DNA of 62,879 nucleotides, filler included, from Basidiobolus meristosporus CBS 931.73 (Eukaryota; Fungi; Basidiobolomycota), in assembly GCA_002104905.1 (NCBI GenBank). It is 3 parts of 3 records of this genome, joined end to end, with 100 filler letters (N's around TTAATTAATTAA, not from the genome) between each part and the next. Parts side by side here need not be neighbours in the genome. Positions count along the whole stretch, not along the records: positions 1 to 28,380 come from MCFE01000884.1; 2 more parts are not named here. One strand, 5' to 3'. A model generated the notes under the pieces. That model worked only from the letters and a program-made list of their open reading frames with translations. It was not told where the DNA came from and made no database searches. The stretch's first letter is position 1, and every line of letters begins with the position of its first letter. The position numbers and the translations under genes were made by a program. Below, piece after piece: positions 1 to 13,085 of the stretch.

Positions 1-1960
1 GAATGTCAAAGTAAGCTGTTGTCCAAACGCTCTTCTGTTGCTGTCAGCAGTGGGGTTTGGTTAGGAACCAGACAACTTTGCTTTATTTTTTGTTGGCATG
101 TATATGGAAGTGAGTCAAACCAAACGGAAAATAGTGTTACAAATACATGTGTATGTGGTGCCACAACTTAATTTATAATGCTTACTATGGCATGTCATCA
201 TTGAGTCTTACATTCATGTAGGTGCAATGTCTTAAATACAAGACTGTCTTAAGTTTATACAAGTATGGACTAAAAAGTGATATAATAGCATTACATTGTT
301 GAAGGTCAAACTGTTTGCCCCATGGACAAGACTACTTTGACTTAACACCATAAGAGAAGACAAAAAAAAACACGTGGCCATTGTAGCATGCCTCTCTGGC
401 ATGAAGCACACAGACAGCATAGGAAGTATTACAAGGATCATGGCCAGTGTTTGCCACCCAAGTCATATTTTACTATTCATTGGTCACTAGTGTACCAACC
501 TTATCTTGCTGGCCAGTTAATCCCTCTGTACTGGCATCTGGCTGTCTTTGTCACCTTGAGTAAACTGAGTTAGGTGAGTTTGTGATGCCTTTAGGCTCAC
601 CCCAGCCTTCTGAATATGGTACACAGAGTGATAGCTCTGACAAATAAGGCTCACTGATAGACTTTGAGCCTATCTCCCCTGACAGTAGTATCACATATGA
701 GCCTGGTCAAGTCCCTATATGCAATGAGACAACACCCTTTGAGACAAATGCCAAGGATACTTTATGGTGCCAAGTGAGCCCAGTTATCCATCTATTGGTG
801 AATCATGTGATGTTGTGGCTAGAGAAGTGGTGCATTTTCACTAATATCAGCAATGGGGGCTTTGAGGATTTATTACTAATTCTTGCCAAAATCATACCAG
901 GATGGAACTTTCCATGTATATGGTACAGGTGGACAACCATCATGTGGTGGGCAACATATGATCCAGAGACTGTCCTGATTCCAGCATGTGTTAACAGTCG
1001 CATGGCATTCACATCCAAAAATGCTGCCATTGCAATGTATTCAGATTCTCAGGAATCCACCACCATTGAGGGAAAACATTGCTCACACTGCAGATATAAT
1101 CTGGTCATACCCTGTCTGAGGAAGCTGATGCAGTCCAATAAGTACTGCAAAGCTATATAGTAAAGCACTTGGTATCCATCAAGAGCAAACATATCCAATA
1201 TACTTGATGGCAAACATTACAAACAGCCAAGTAGTAAGGGCTACTTTGAATTTATGTATAACCATGCTTATGCTTTAGCACTTGATAAGTTTGCATTAAA
1301 CAAGTACTTCACCAGCAGATCCTGCTGGCCACAGATTCTCATCAATCTGAATCTGCTGCCCATCTCACAGTGGCAGAGCAATAATCTGATGGTAGTCTCA
1401 CTGGTATCTGGGCCTAAATCACTGTCCAACCTGGATAGCTACCAGTGTCCATTGCTGGATGAATCTTGTATGCTTTCCAGTGGGATAATAGTAAATGGCG
1501 TCATGTAAAAGCACATATTATTATCTGCATTGAAGATACCCTAGCTATCAGCAAGATAGCAGGTTTTTCTGGGCACAATGAACAGTATTGCTGTCAAATG
1601 TGTGAGATCCAGGTGATTTACTCCGTAACTCACACACATTATTATTACCCAGACACCAGCACTAGGATCATCATCATCCCACAAAGAGAATGTACAGAAG
1701 TCAACATGCAATTGCAGCAAAGTTGGCAAGCTATAAGCCAACAGCTGAAATATGGAGTCAATTGGAAAACAGAGATACACAAAATAGAGGGTATTTGAGG
1801 AGCAAAAGCTTTCCACAGGGAGCAGTGCATTGGCTTTTCAGCAATATTCCTATACTAATGACCAAGTTGTAAATGGGGGATTTCAAGCCAATTGAGCCCT
1901 TTGCAATACTGGAGAAATTTGAAAGAGTTGGCAAGATATTACAGAGTATCTGCTACCCTA
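1..1960 (+). mobile_element. Degenerate EnSpm/CMC (Tnp2/Transposase_21-like) DNA transposon, copy A; transposase broken by stops and frameshifts
   Basis: ORF fragments 774-1160, 1254-1508 and 1466-1798 carry Tnp2-type motifs (ALALDKF..SCWPQILINLNLLP..VSGPKS..LDSYQCPLLDE; VKAHIIICIEDTLAISKIAGFSGHN..YCCQMCE). The segment aligns by eye with 47370-49320. It is interrupted at 1962 by another copy's terminus. Confidence 0.8.
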
Positions 1961-1961
1961 A

Positions 1962-3810
1962 CCCTATGAAAAATTATTGAGATGATCCTATCAAAAGGCT
2001 GTCACAAAGTTAATGTTCCATGACTGAGAAGTACTGATCTCATCAGGACTCTGTCCAGAGACCATTGAAAAATAATTGTGCCCCATATTTTACAAAAAAC
2101 TTTGTCAAAATTTTTCATCACAACAATGTATAAATGGCTTTTGATTGGTTCCCTGCCAGTTTGCTCACTTTCTGATCCTGGACACTCTATCACCTCCTGA
2201 ATTTGTGTGCATTGATTGGCTATTGCCTCTTTTTCACACTCCTTACTTCCTGACTCAGCCGTTTCTCTTACTTTTCATGTGTACAAATTGACTTATTTTG
2301 GTTGAAACTTCAGTTGTACCTCAATCGCCAATTGTATTGACCTATACAAGTCTCTATACCCTACACTAACATTAAGCCAAGCCCCACACTCAACAAGTAA
2401 CTCCATTAAAATCCACCACTCAATAAGTATTTCTGCTGTAATGCACTGGTGCCACAACTTTGGCAGGAACCCAACAGCTTTATGCCACTGTTCATTAACT
2501 GGTTTGCACACGTCCTGGTCTTCAGCTGGCACTGCAAGGTCCAGCTCCTCATCTGCCAGTCTTTGCAATAAATCCTTGCAATATTCCGGTGTGTTTTCTT
2601 GAGCACTGCTCTTGAAGAAGTGCTGCAACCTCTTAGTGTGCTTATTAATGCTCCAAAACTCCACTGAAGGCATTGTGATAGTCTTTCAAGCACTTGACAT
2701 TGTAGCCTTGTCTGTCAGTAGGATCTACACTCTGTCAACAATGGAGGATATGGAGGCTGTGGTATACAAATTGCCTTTTTCAGCATACTGATCTACCTTG
2801 CTGGAATGTAGCTCAACTGGCTGCACTTCCAACTCTTGTGAAAACAGCAGTTTTCTTTTTGGTGATTCTTCTTGGCTATGATGGGATTCAGTCTGTTCCT
2901 GGCTTGCGGTGTTAATTGTCAAGAACTGCAGTTTTTTTCATGCCTCCCTGTCTCAGGCTTGGGTAGACATTTTCCCTTTACCTTTACCTTTATCACTGCC
3001 AGGTCTTTCACTGCTACTTTGTCTGAGTGCTTCTTGTAAAGAACTATGTTTTCTCCTGGATAAATTCTGCTATGACGCATTTGTTTTGGCCTGCTTGTCC
3101 CTTGCTGGCACTCTTCTGGCAACCTGTTGTTTCTTTTCTACTTGTCTTGAGCTCTCAACTGTAGTCGTGATGGGCTCCTGTAAAAGCGGCTAGTTTTATC
3201 ACTGCCAGGTCCTTCACTGCTACTTTGACCGAGTGCTTCTTGAGTGGTACTACGCTTTTTCCTTGATAAATGTTGTGCTGGTGCATCCATGCCTGCCTGC
3301 TTGTCCTTAATTGGCACTCTTCCAGCTGCCTGACATCTCTTTGATGCTTGTCTGGAGCTTTTGGCCCTGCTTGTAACAGGCTCTTGAGGAAGCCGCTGGT
3401 TTTTAGCCATGGCACCCTTGTTCTTCTGCCTTTGATAGTTTCTGCTATTCTTAAGATACTTTCTTAGCATACCAATGCTGGCCCAAAATCCATATGCCCG
3501 TTTGAATCCAGGATAATGCTCATGGAACAAGTCAAGTGCATTCTGCTTAGCCTTGATTTCCTGATGGTCCCATGGTATGCCGGCCTTAAGGTGATGGCAT
3601 GCTAGACTTCTAACAGCCTCTTGTATATTATACCACTCTTCATAATTGCACTTAACGGTTTCACAAATCTTCAATGTCTTTTGATTTTTAGGCTTTGGTA
3701 TAAACACCACATTTTCTCCCTCCCATGCTGTGATAGGTTTTTCTGTGCGCTTTATCTTTGGGCACTGTTGGTGTGCTTCAAAGACTATACAGTGTTCCTG
3801 CTACGCTCCA
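1962..3810 (-). mobile_element. Left end and accessory (non-transposase) ORF of the same DNA transposon family
   Basis: Begins CCCTATGAAAAATTATT. Minus-strand ORF pieces lie at 3138-3710, 2919-3122, 2725-2922, 2293-2673 and 2002-2193. Homologous DNA occurs at ~35800-37300 (inverted), ~45080-45900 (inverted), 46455-46930 and 51755-52050. Confidence 0.65.
2985..3400. repeat. ~205 bp imperfect tandem duplication inside the accessory ORF
   Basis: TTATCACTGCCAGGTC(T/C)TTCACTGCTACTTTG..GAGTGCTTCTTG occurs at ~2990 and ~3196 with collinear downstream similarity; the peptide KKHS(D/V)KVAVKDLAVIK is repeated. Confidence 0.75.
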
Positions 3811-6800
3811 GTGGATGATTGACAAGTTGCTAGGAAATTTACAATGCAAATGTGCTCTTCTGTAACTGGACAACAGCATGAGATAATTCCCCCAATGTAG
3901 AAGAACATATACATGGTGTGCAACATATCCTGACAGCCCTCCTTGAAAACCAACTCCAACTACATCCCAAGAAGTGCCATTTCCTCTACACAAAATTGTT
4001 GTTCCTGGGCCACAAGATCTTGGCAGATGGGATATACCCATCTACCTCACTCCTAAAAGCCACTCAAGATACACCTGCACTAAAGGATATCAATGCAGTG
4101 TTGGGATTCCTAGGATTAGTCGGCTACTATTGTTGCTTTATTAAAAACCTTGCAACAATAGCAGCCCCCCTGTACAAAATGATGCAAAAAGGCCAGTATT
4201 TTGTGTGGTTGGAGCCTCAAAGTGAGCATTTGATCAGCTGAAACATTCCTTGATGTCACCACCAGTGTTATATTTTCCCAATTGGGATCCAAGATTTTTT
4301 ATTAACTGTGACAGAAGTCTTACCAGTATAGGTGTTGTACTGGGATAATACTACTAACCCTTCAAATTTCACCCTTGGTTATGTGAGCCATTTGATAAAC
4401 AAACAGAAATGTCACTACCCTGTTACCAAGATAGAATGTCTGGCTGTTGTTTATTCAATTAGGCAATTCCATACATACATACATGGTTGCTGGCTCACAA
4501 TAGTAACAGACAACAGCACGCTGATCTGGCTGATAAAAACTAAAGACTTTACTGGTCAACTAGCATGTTGGGCCCTGTGCCTACAGGAATACAACTTCAA
4601 AATAGATCATTGTACTGGCAAGAAACACCTGGATGTAGACTTCCTCAGTTGTTATCCTGTTTGCCAAGTACATGTCAGCAATGACTACAAGGATGTAATC
4701 TGCTTTGAAAGAAGAGGGAAGTACCCCAAACACGTTGTTACAAACAAGCAGAAGAGAGACTTTCAAAGGAAATGGTGTCAATACAAAGTATAAGAAAACC
4801 AATTATGGTTCCTCCAAGGACAGCTCAGAGTTGAGGTACCCCAGGTAACTGCCTGCCAAGAAATCCTACAAGAAAGACATATGTCATTAGGACATGCTAA
4901 CCCCCTAACAACATATAAAATGTTAAGAAAGATGTTTTACTGGAAAAAAATGATGACCAATGTCATGAATATGGTTCAAAGATGCTCCACCTGGGTAAGA
5001 TTTAACCAAAGTCACATGATAGGGTCAACTTCACCAATACCACTTGGCCTAACCTTCCACTGGGTAGGGATTGACTTTTTTGGCCCCTTCATGAAAACAA
5101 AGAATGGAGAACAATCCATAATAATTGCTACCAATTATTTCTCAAGGTGGGTAGAAGCCCAAGCTGTTCAAAATAAGGATCAGAAGACAACCGCCCAATT
5201 CATTCTAGAACACCTCATCTGCTGGCACAGATATCCTCAGATACTCCTGTCCAACACTGGTGGTTCCTTCCTGAATGACACCATGGCCATTTTGTGAAAA
5301 ATGGTGGGCATGAAACAGGTCTTCACAGCCATGTATCACCCCCAGACCAACAGATTACCCTAGAGGATGAGCCAGATTTGTTACCGCATAATAAAGAAGC
5401 TTCACAGGGAACTTCCCCAGTCATGGGCCAGAGTGCTCCCACTGACACTCCTAGTAATGGATACAATACCAAATACTACAACATGTTTCTCCCTGTACAA
5501 AGTTCTGTATGGATGAAGGCCCAAATGGCATGAAGAAGCTGGATTGACAATGCAAGGTGTCCCCTTGACAACACATACTAGCTACATAGAGAGGTTGATA
5601 CACCATATTGCCCACCCATACATAAAAGTATTCAAAAATGTCAACAAGCTCCTTGCTCCTTCACCTAAATATGGGAAACTAATGGGACAAAAGTGGAAAC
5701 CAGGAGATAAAGTGTGGTACAACCAAACTGTTGCAAGCCTCAAGTTTTGCCCACACTATACACCCCAATGGATTGGCCCTTGCACCATTATTAGTTTGGA
5801 CCACAGGCCAAAGTACACCATCACCCTAAACAATAAGACAATCAGCAATGTAGCACCAGCCCATCTGAAACCAAAGTGTGATTAAACAATTATCAGGACA
5901 AGGATAGAGGAAGACACAGGATACATACAAAGGTTATTAGAGAAGATTTTAGTTGATATAGGTACAAATGATATATGCAAGGAAGTTTGCCTAAAAAGCA
6001 AAACAAAAGAATGCATATGGAAAGTGCCAAAGGAAACAGTTCACCCAAAACTGGCAATACCCCTCCCACTAGCAAGAACCAAGATGATATCAAAAACAAG
6101 ACCAACTTGTAGGTGCTGAGTGATATGATACAAGCAATTTGTGCAAGAACAGCCACCTATAAAGAGTTGCTTGCTGGAGCAGTCATGCTGATACAAGACA
6201 CAATCAGAGAGGGACAATACAAGTTATCCATGCCAATACAAAGTATGGAGATACTACCCAAGAAGACCATGTACCACCTGAGAGGAGGTTCCTTGATCAT
6301 TAAGGAGAAGGACACCACACTGATTCCTGTATCCATACGGGACAATGTCAGGCAGAAGATCAATGGAACCAACTGTTGTGCCTTCACAAGACCTCAAGAG
6401 CCCCCCTCTTTTGTTGCATACTTGCCATTAATAGATACCACCATTGTTGAGGTGTACACAGACCTGGTACAAGCCGCAAAGCACCAGAAGTAGAACTACC
6501 AATCAAAGAAATCTTCTGAGAAATATGCAAACATCTCAAACCACATTTCCATAAGGAACCATCCTAGAGAAGATATGCAAACAGATTGAATACAATGGCC
6601 TGTTAACCCTTGCAATCCACCAAGTTGCAGTGCTACAATTATTACAGTGGTTTACCATACCTCCACTCAGGAATCAGTACAAAATTGAACTCCAAGAAGC
6701 CAAAGAAACCACTACAGACTCTGTAGAGACCATGAGGCAAGTGCAAAAGTGCCTCAAATGTGCCACAGTTTCTACAGAAGAATTACAATACATTTTGGAC

Positions 6801-7596
6801 AAAGCAAAATCTTGTTATCAACTATGGGTGACTGCCAACCAAGTGTATGCCCTCTTCAAAAGGTCCCTGCCATTATATTGAACACAACAAGGACAAGCCC
6901 CAACAACATTTGCAAGACAAAGAAGCAAGACTTTATCACATTATTGCATCACCTCTTGTTCTCCAGCCCTCCCAAGGAGCTTAACCAAAACCCTATGGTT
7001 GGATAATTGTTTGACTCTGTGGAAAACATCCCTTGAACAACACCAGCCACACCCCACTCTGCCACCAAATGGTATCAGGTACTTGCCCACAACCCCCTTG
7101 TAAGCAACAACCAGCAATGGTACTATGGTAACTCCCCATGCTCTGTAAACAAAATCAACCATGGAGAAGCAAGTTAGTCAAAGAACTTTGAGGACAAAGC
7201 TCACTCTTAACCCCCAGGACATGTGAGTACTAAATGTAGTACCCACTCTTTGCCCAAGAGTTCTCCTCAGAGTCCTGTGCAAAGTCCCCCAGTATCCTCC
7301 CTATGATTCCCCCACACATCCTCCCTCCTGTTCCTGCTCTTATCTAGTTAGAATAATTACCATAACAGGAAGATGTTCACACCCCTATTTGATCACACAT
7401 TGTCTATTATCTAAGCCCCCCCAAGTGATATATATATATCCAATTGAATCAAGTGATAGAACAAAAAGATTTGGATGGAATAAACACAGGTCTTTATTAC
7501 CTTGCTACCTTCTATCAGAAACTATTCTGAGCCAAGTAGTACTTACCTGACCTACAAGCTCTCCTACTCACCAAGTGCAGTCAGTAATAACCCACA
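3810..7596 (+). mobile_element. 5'-truncated Ty3/Gypsy retrotransposon (RT, RNase H, integrase, possible extra 3' ORF, 3' LTR)
   Basis: RT (LHPKKCHFLYTKLLFLGHKI..FLGLVGYY, 3918-4241), RNase H (YPVTKIECLAVVYSIRQFHTYIHG, 4332-4793) and integrase (HANP..C; HWVGIDFFGPF..SRWVEAQA, 4881-5297) occur in Gypsy order. The element starts mid-RT. Confidence 0.88.
7222..7596 (+). repeat. Probable 3' LTR of the preceding Gypsy element
   Basis: TGTG...CACA ends; TATATATA followed by AATAAA; preceded by the typical Gypsy 3' motif TTGAGGACAAAG. Only one copy is visible, so the ends are inferred. Confidence 0.55.
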
Positions 7597-10109
7597 GATT
7601 TTTGCATATGCTGATGTAACTCCCTTATGACCTCCTGATTCACACCAATGCAATCTGGAATGATCATTCTTGTCATATATGTACTGTCAAGGAGCTTCAT
7701 GTCTGCTTTTTCTGAAAAGTGCACTGTCCTGCAGTATAAGCTTCAACGCCTTCTTTTTAAAGTTTGTGCATTGCTTTGTGATTGGCTCCTGGTATGTGTT
7801 ACAGTGTAATATCAAGAATCTGGATGTATGATATTCCCCATGCTAGAATAGGATCAGGAAAAAGCTCCAACTTATTCCGCATTCCAGATAATGGCTGAGC
7901 ATCAACCTCCAGTGTGATGCGTACTCCCAATAAGTAAGGTTTTAGCTTTCTGAGCACATAGAGTATTCCCATTGCTTCTTTCTTGATAGATGGATAGTTA
8001 AGCTCATTTCCTATGAATAGTCTTCTAAGATATTTGCAAGGTTGTCAGTGATGATCTTCTGTAACTTCAATCATGATTCCACCAACCCCAATTCCAGAGC
8101 TATCAGCTGATACATTGATTGATTGTGAATCAATAACACTGTAGTCTATAGCTGCTAAGACAGGTGGCTTTGGTAATGACTCAAGCAATGTTGGCATTGC
8201 ATTTACATGTACTTCACGCCACTCAAGTTTCTGGTTTTTCTGCAATAGTGGAGTCAGTGACTTAGCAATTTGAGCATAGTTCTTGATCCAGATTCCGAAT
8301 AGACCAGTAAGTCCTAATAGTTGTCTGACTTTACACATATTGCTTGGTGTCTTCCAATTAGTGCCAATCAAAGTCTTGCAAGGTCAGGCAATCTCCTTTC
8401 TTCAGCAACAAGTTCACCTAAAATGATTGCTTTGTTGTAGCCAAACTTGCATTTGGCTCCAGATACAGTCAGACCAGAAGCTTGAAGTTTCTTCATGACC
8501 CATTCAGCTGTGCATTTGTAATCATAAACACATCTTCTGACTTGAGTCAAGACATTTGATGTATCTTTTTCTGTGAACTTATTCTTAACTGCAATGTCAT
8601 CAAGAAATGGTTGGCATATTTCAGGGAAACAGTCATCCAAAACCTCGATCATTGCATGTTGATAATTTTGCACAGAGTTAGTCTATCTTTGAGGAATTGT
8701 TGTCATCCTGATGAGTCCTATTGGTGTATCCATAGCAGTGGAATCTCTGGAGTCAGGATCCAGAAGTTTTTAGTCATATCCTTAATAAAGATCCAATGTT
8801 GTAATAGGAGGATATCCAGTAAGTGACTCAAAATACTCATGTTGTATGGGTGGTTGTATAGTATCTTCAATGGTGACCTTATTTAAGTGCTGTATATCTT
8901 GAACAAACCATAGACTTCCATTTTTCTTCAATGGTATAGACCATGAATTACAAGGCAGTCCATAGCTATATTTAATGACTCCACTTTGAAATCTTGATTG
9001 TAGTATTTCAATTACTTTGTTCGGCAATCTTGAGGGAATATGATATGATACCAGTGCCCATGGTGTATGTTTAATGGTATGGATCTTAGCTGGGGGAAAT
9101 AGCTCTGTGAATCAATATCCCCTTTGTGCATCTTTAAATGCAAAGTCATTGTCATAGCTTTGTAGCATAGTCAAAAAGAGACTTTTCCCCTTAGTGGTAA
9201 GAGTAGTCCCAATAGCTAACTCCTTGAGCTTCTCTTCTGCAAGTCTGATTTTTTCATATTTGTGCAAAGGCTCCATTTAAGGGTTATTGTGCGCAGATGG
9301 TGAGATTCCAGTAGATACTGGCTTTGCTTTCAATGCAACTGGCTTATACTTGGTATTTGTCTTACTTGTTGTTGGCAGAATGAAGTGTTGATCATAAAAC
9401 TAAATATCCTTATGAACCTGAATATTTTGTACTGAATTGAGTCAGCATTTCTTGGATTATTCTCTTCTGCTGCACAAAAGGCTGTTTTTTTTTTGGTTGT
9501 CAGATGTGATTGTCAACCATAAGCTTCCTTCAGGTCTGTTATCAGCTTGCAGAAGAGATTTTCTTTCATTTGGTCATCCCAACATACCTCAAAGTGGGCC
9601 AATTGGCAACAATCATAAAGGGAGAAGTAACCCTAATACTTCCAATTTCAACTGGTACAGAGTGACAAAGTCCAAGTATCTTCTCTGTTGCACCTGTAGC
9701 AGTTCCCATATTCCAGTCAACTTTTGTCAATGGCAATTTGATTTTATAAGTCATAGCAGTGATGGCATTGATTTCTGATCCAGCATCAAAAACATATTCC
9801 ACTTCAGCATTGCTGATTGTAGCAGCATAGAATCCTGTTGTAATAGAGTAAAAGGCTTATTCAACTTCAAATTGTAGCTTTTCACTTGATAACATTGTTG
9901 AAGATTGTGCTTGATAATTCATGAGGATATCCTTGCTCATAGGTTTAACCATTCAAGACAGTAGCTGATTGAGATTGTTAATAGCAGTGATCATTTTGTA
10001 ATTTGTAAGTTGTGGAAATGGAGATTTCCAGAATTTGTCAATAACTTTCCTTGTAATTACAGTAGTGTCATACTTGGATTGAGATTGCAAGTGTTCTTTT
10101 TGGATTTTT

Positions 10110-10478
10110 TGTCATGATCTACTGCTCAAATGTTTAAGTTAGATTAGTTTTTAGTCTAGTCAATTAAGTGTATGTTTAACCTATCAGTATATCAGTGTTA
10201 TCTATCAAAGCAGTAGCATTAGTCAGCAAATGAATCAGTAGATTTTTATCAGACAGGAATAGATACATTGAGCAGGATCTTATTGGGTGATGACAATGCA
10301 ATCCAATGAGTCATCAGCTACTGCCTAAATTGGGCAATATAATTAGTCAGCAATGGATCTGGTAAAATGTATATAAGGAGCTGCTGGAACTTCAACAAAA
10401 ATCAGTTCAAGTTTTAGTCAATACAATACTAGCTAAACTCCCTATTCCTCCACAACTCTTATACCAAGACTTATTACA
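10110..10478 (+). mobile_element. Solo LTR (family L1, ~369 bp) with 4-bp target-site duplication TTTT
   Basis: TGTCATGATCT...TTATTACA; same family as ~29000-29336, 39545-39912, 40246-40614, 44427-44789 and 51367-51736; contains TATATAAGGAG. Confidence 0.85.
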
Positions 10479-10888
10479 TTTTGATGCTTCTGGCTTTACT
10501 AGTACTTCAACAACTGGCTGATTTTTTGTTGGTTCACACTTTTTTAGGGTTATTCACTGTTTTCTCCTGTCAATAAGGCAATTAAATTCTTCAACTTCCT
10601 CTTTTTCTATTAGATATTCTTGAACCTGCCCTAATAGGTCTGATATTGTGAGTACATAATGTTGTGGTGGTGTAGAGGCACTCCTGGGAGGAGCTACACC
10701 ACTCAAGGTGTATGGGGTGACCAATGGGTGCAATAGCCTGTGGGCCTAAACTGCAAGTGTCTTTGTCAATATGTCACTATGGTAAAAGCTCCTGCTTCTC
10801 CAGCTTCCTAGGTGCTCCAAGTGTCTCCAAAGGCCTCTGTGTGTCTTGTGCACTCCCCTGAAAAGCTCCTTGATGGCAGGTCTGAGAT

Positions 10889-11234
10889 GTAACTGTTGAA
10901 GGCAGGTGCAATGATCAACTGCTAATCAATACAGTAGAAGTGTTACTGACAGAAGGGATGATTTATTGATGAGGGAGTGACTTCCCTTATATACTTTACC
11001 TGATTGCCAAGTGGTTACTAATGTCAAGGTTCTAGAAAATTCCAGGCATCAGTGGAATTCTTGATGACATCACTCAGAGCTCAAAATATGCCAAGAGGGT
11101 CCTGCAAGGTTCTAAAAGGCACAACACATCCAACCAATCAGGGAACAGTAGTCTGAAACCTGTGCAACAAAGAGATACCATATATGGTATTTAAATGGTA
11201 GGGATGGTAACACTGACTTAGGTCATGTGTCACA
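10889..11234 (-). repeat. Probable LTR of an unrelated family, inserted in the minus-strand Gypsy
   Basis: Minus strand reads TGTGACAC...CAGTTACA, with internal GTATATAAG and AATAAA. Single copy in the window. Confidence 0.4.
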
Positions 11235-13085
11235 GGTACTGATATGGGTACTTGCCTAATGTAGATACCTATACAGATCACAAAGCTGAATAACATCTGG
11301 GATAACTAATGCTAATAACTAATCAGGGTAAACATCAAATGGGGATAATACTAATGATATGGGCAAATGAAGAATGGGACAATACTGATAATATAAAATA
11401 TGGATAAGTACATCATAATAGTTATATGAATAAACTTGTCCGTGGGAGGTATGTTTACCCTACCAGAATGTTCATTGCTTGGAATTTCTGCAGTCTTTTG
11501 AATTTGTATGAAGTTTGATGTTGTGGTACTTTTACTTCATTCTTCTTGAGCAAGTACATAGGACCTTAATCTGCCATAACCTCTATTTCTAGGTAAAGGT
11601 TTTCCAGCCATATCACAGGTCTTCTCATAGCAATCAATCATAACTTTATAACTGTCATTTGCAATATTCAATATTTGACAACCATAATGGCTATGTTCAG
11701 CAGATTCAGTGCACACAATATTTAGTTTGCTGTGGATAATCACTGGTTGTTTTGGGATTCTCTGGTCTTGCTTTGTTGATGCTTGATGATGGTCCACTTT
11801 GAGAGCCCAACTTAAGCTTCACTTTTCCTGATGCATCAATTAATTCATTAACCTGATCACTTTGTGGGTTATTTGTACAATAAAGAATTTGATTAGCTGG
11901 AGTGGAAATCCTCATTTGAATATTATTGGAGTCCATGACTTGTCTCACTGATTGATAGCTTAACACCATTTGTTTAACATTGTCATAGGAGGTTGTAGCC
12001 TGAACTTAGTGGCTAATGCCATTACATATTTCAGGAGGCATTTTCATCAGAAAAAAGTTTCTTTGATGAAAACTTGGAATTCCAATAGCTGCTTCAACAT
12101 GCCTTGCTTTTGACACAAACTTCTGAATTTACTTTTACAAGGGCTGTGTCTTGTTGTAGGGCATTTCTAGCTCATTTGGTCTAACAAACTGTACTTCCTT
12201 TTGGTACTCAGCTAAAATAGCTTGTTGAGCAGTGTCCCAATTATAGTTAGTACTAATAGATATTTTAAATGGATCCAAACTTTGTAAGAATCTTGATACT
12301 CCAACTTCACAGAGAAAGGGAAACAACTGGACTTTGTTCTTGTGTAATAGCTCAAATGCTGCAGCAATAATGTTAAGCTCTTCTATAAACTCAGTGACAT
12401 TTTCTCCTGAGAGTCTCACTGGGTTAGCACCATTAAATGTTGCTATTAACTCTGGGAGTGGTGTATTGAGCATTCTTGTAATGTTTCTTGATGCATATAT
12501 AGTGAAAGGCTCAAACTACCCAGGTCCTCCACCATGTTCTTGTTGTGTTGCATTATGATTAGTTTGGGGCTTGTACTACAATGTAGAGGCTAATCAGCAA
12601 TATGCAACAACTTCCAGTATACTAGTACTGAAATAGTTGATTTGGAGTTTGATATTCCAATAGAAGATATAACTTTCACTAATATCCTCAATCTTAGGCT
12701 CAATTTATACTATAGGCAGTGTTTCTCACTTCTATAGCAGTGTTCAGACCTTCTGTCAGCTATTGGGCTTGTTTACTTTTATAGTACTTTTTCCTTATTC
12801 AGAAGTCACTTTCCTTTCTGAGAAAATAATTCCTAAAATGAAAACTCAGAACTCCCCTTTAACCTAAAGGGGTGTGGTGTAGAAGTCTCTAAAGGGGTCT
12901 TTAAGCTAATGGGGTGTCTAAAGGGGTGTCTTTGAGTAGAAGGGCTTCTTAAAGGGGACTTTTCTGACAGAAATGTGGTATTCTTCTTGTAGAACTTAAA
13001 TTGGTTCTTGTAAGCTTTGCAACCTCTTAACAGAAGTAGTACCAAGCAAAGTTAGAATACTCAACAGTGGAAGTGATGCAAGGGA

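Larger units (their letters stand above)
7600..12500 (-). mobile_element. Degenerate Ty3/Gypsy retrotransposon (gag, protease, RT, RNase H) interrupted by LTR insertions
   Basis: gag-like ORF 12135-12473; protease VFDAGSEINA (9566-9802); RT (GSLWFVQDIQHLNKVT..TTLDLY; QPFLDDIAVK, 8368-9027); RNase H (INVSADSSGIGVGG, 8045-8371). Confidence 0.82.

Noticed and set aside
5885-7190. Labelling the possible extra Gypsy ORF as env
   Set aside because: No signal peptide, furin site or transmembrane segment is visible in the decayed frames.
12840-12965. Repeated (C/T)TAA(A/T)GGGG motif, five copies
   Set aside because: Short low-complexity repeats in a probable Gypsy leader; no further structure seen, and ORF 12833-13045 is not protein-like.
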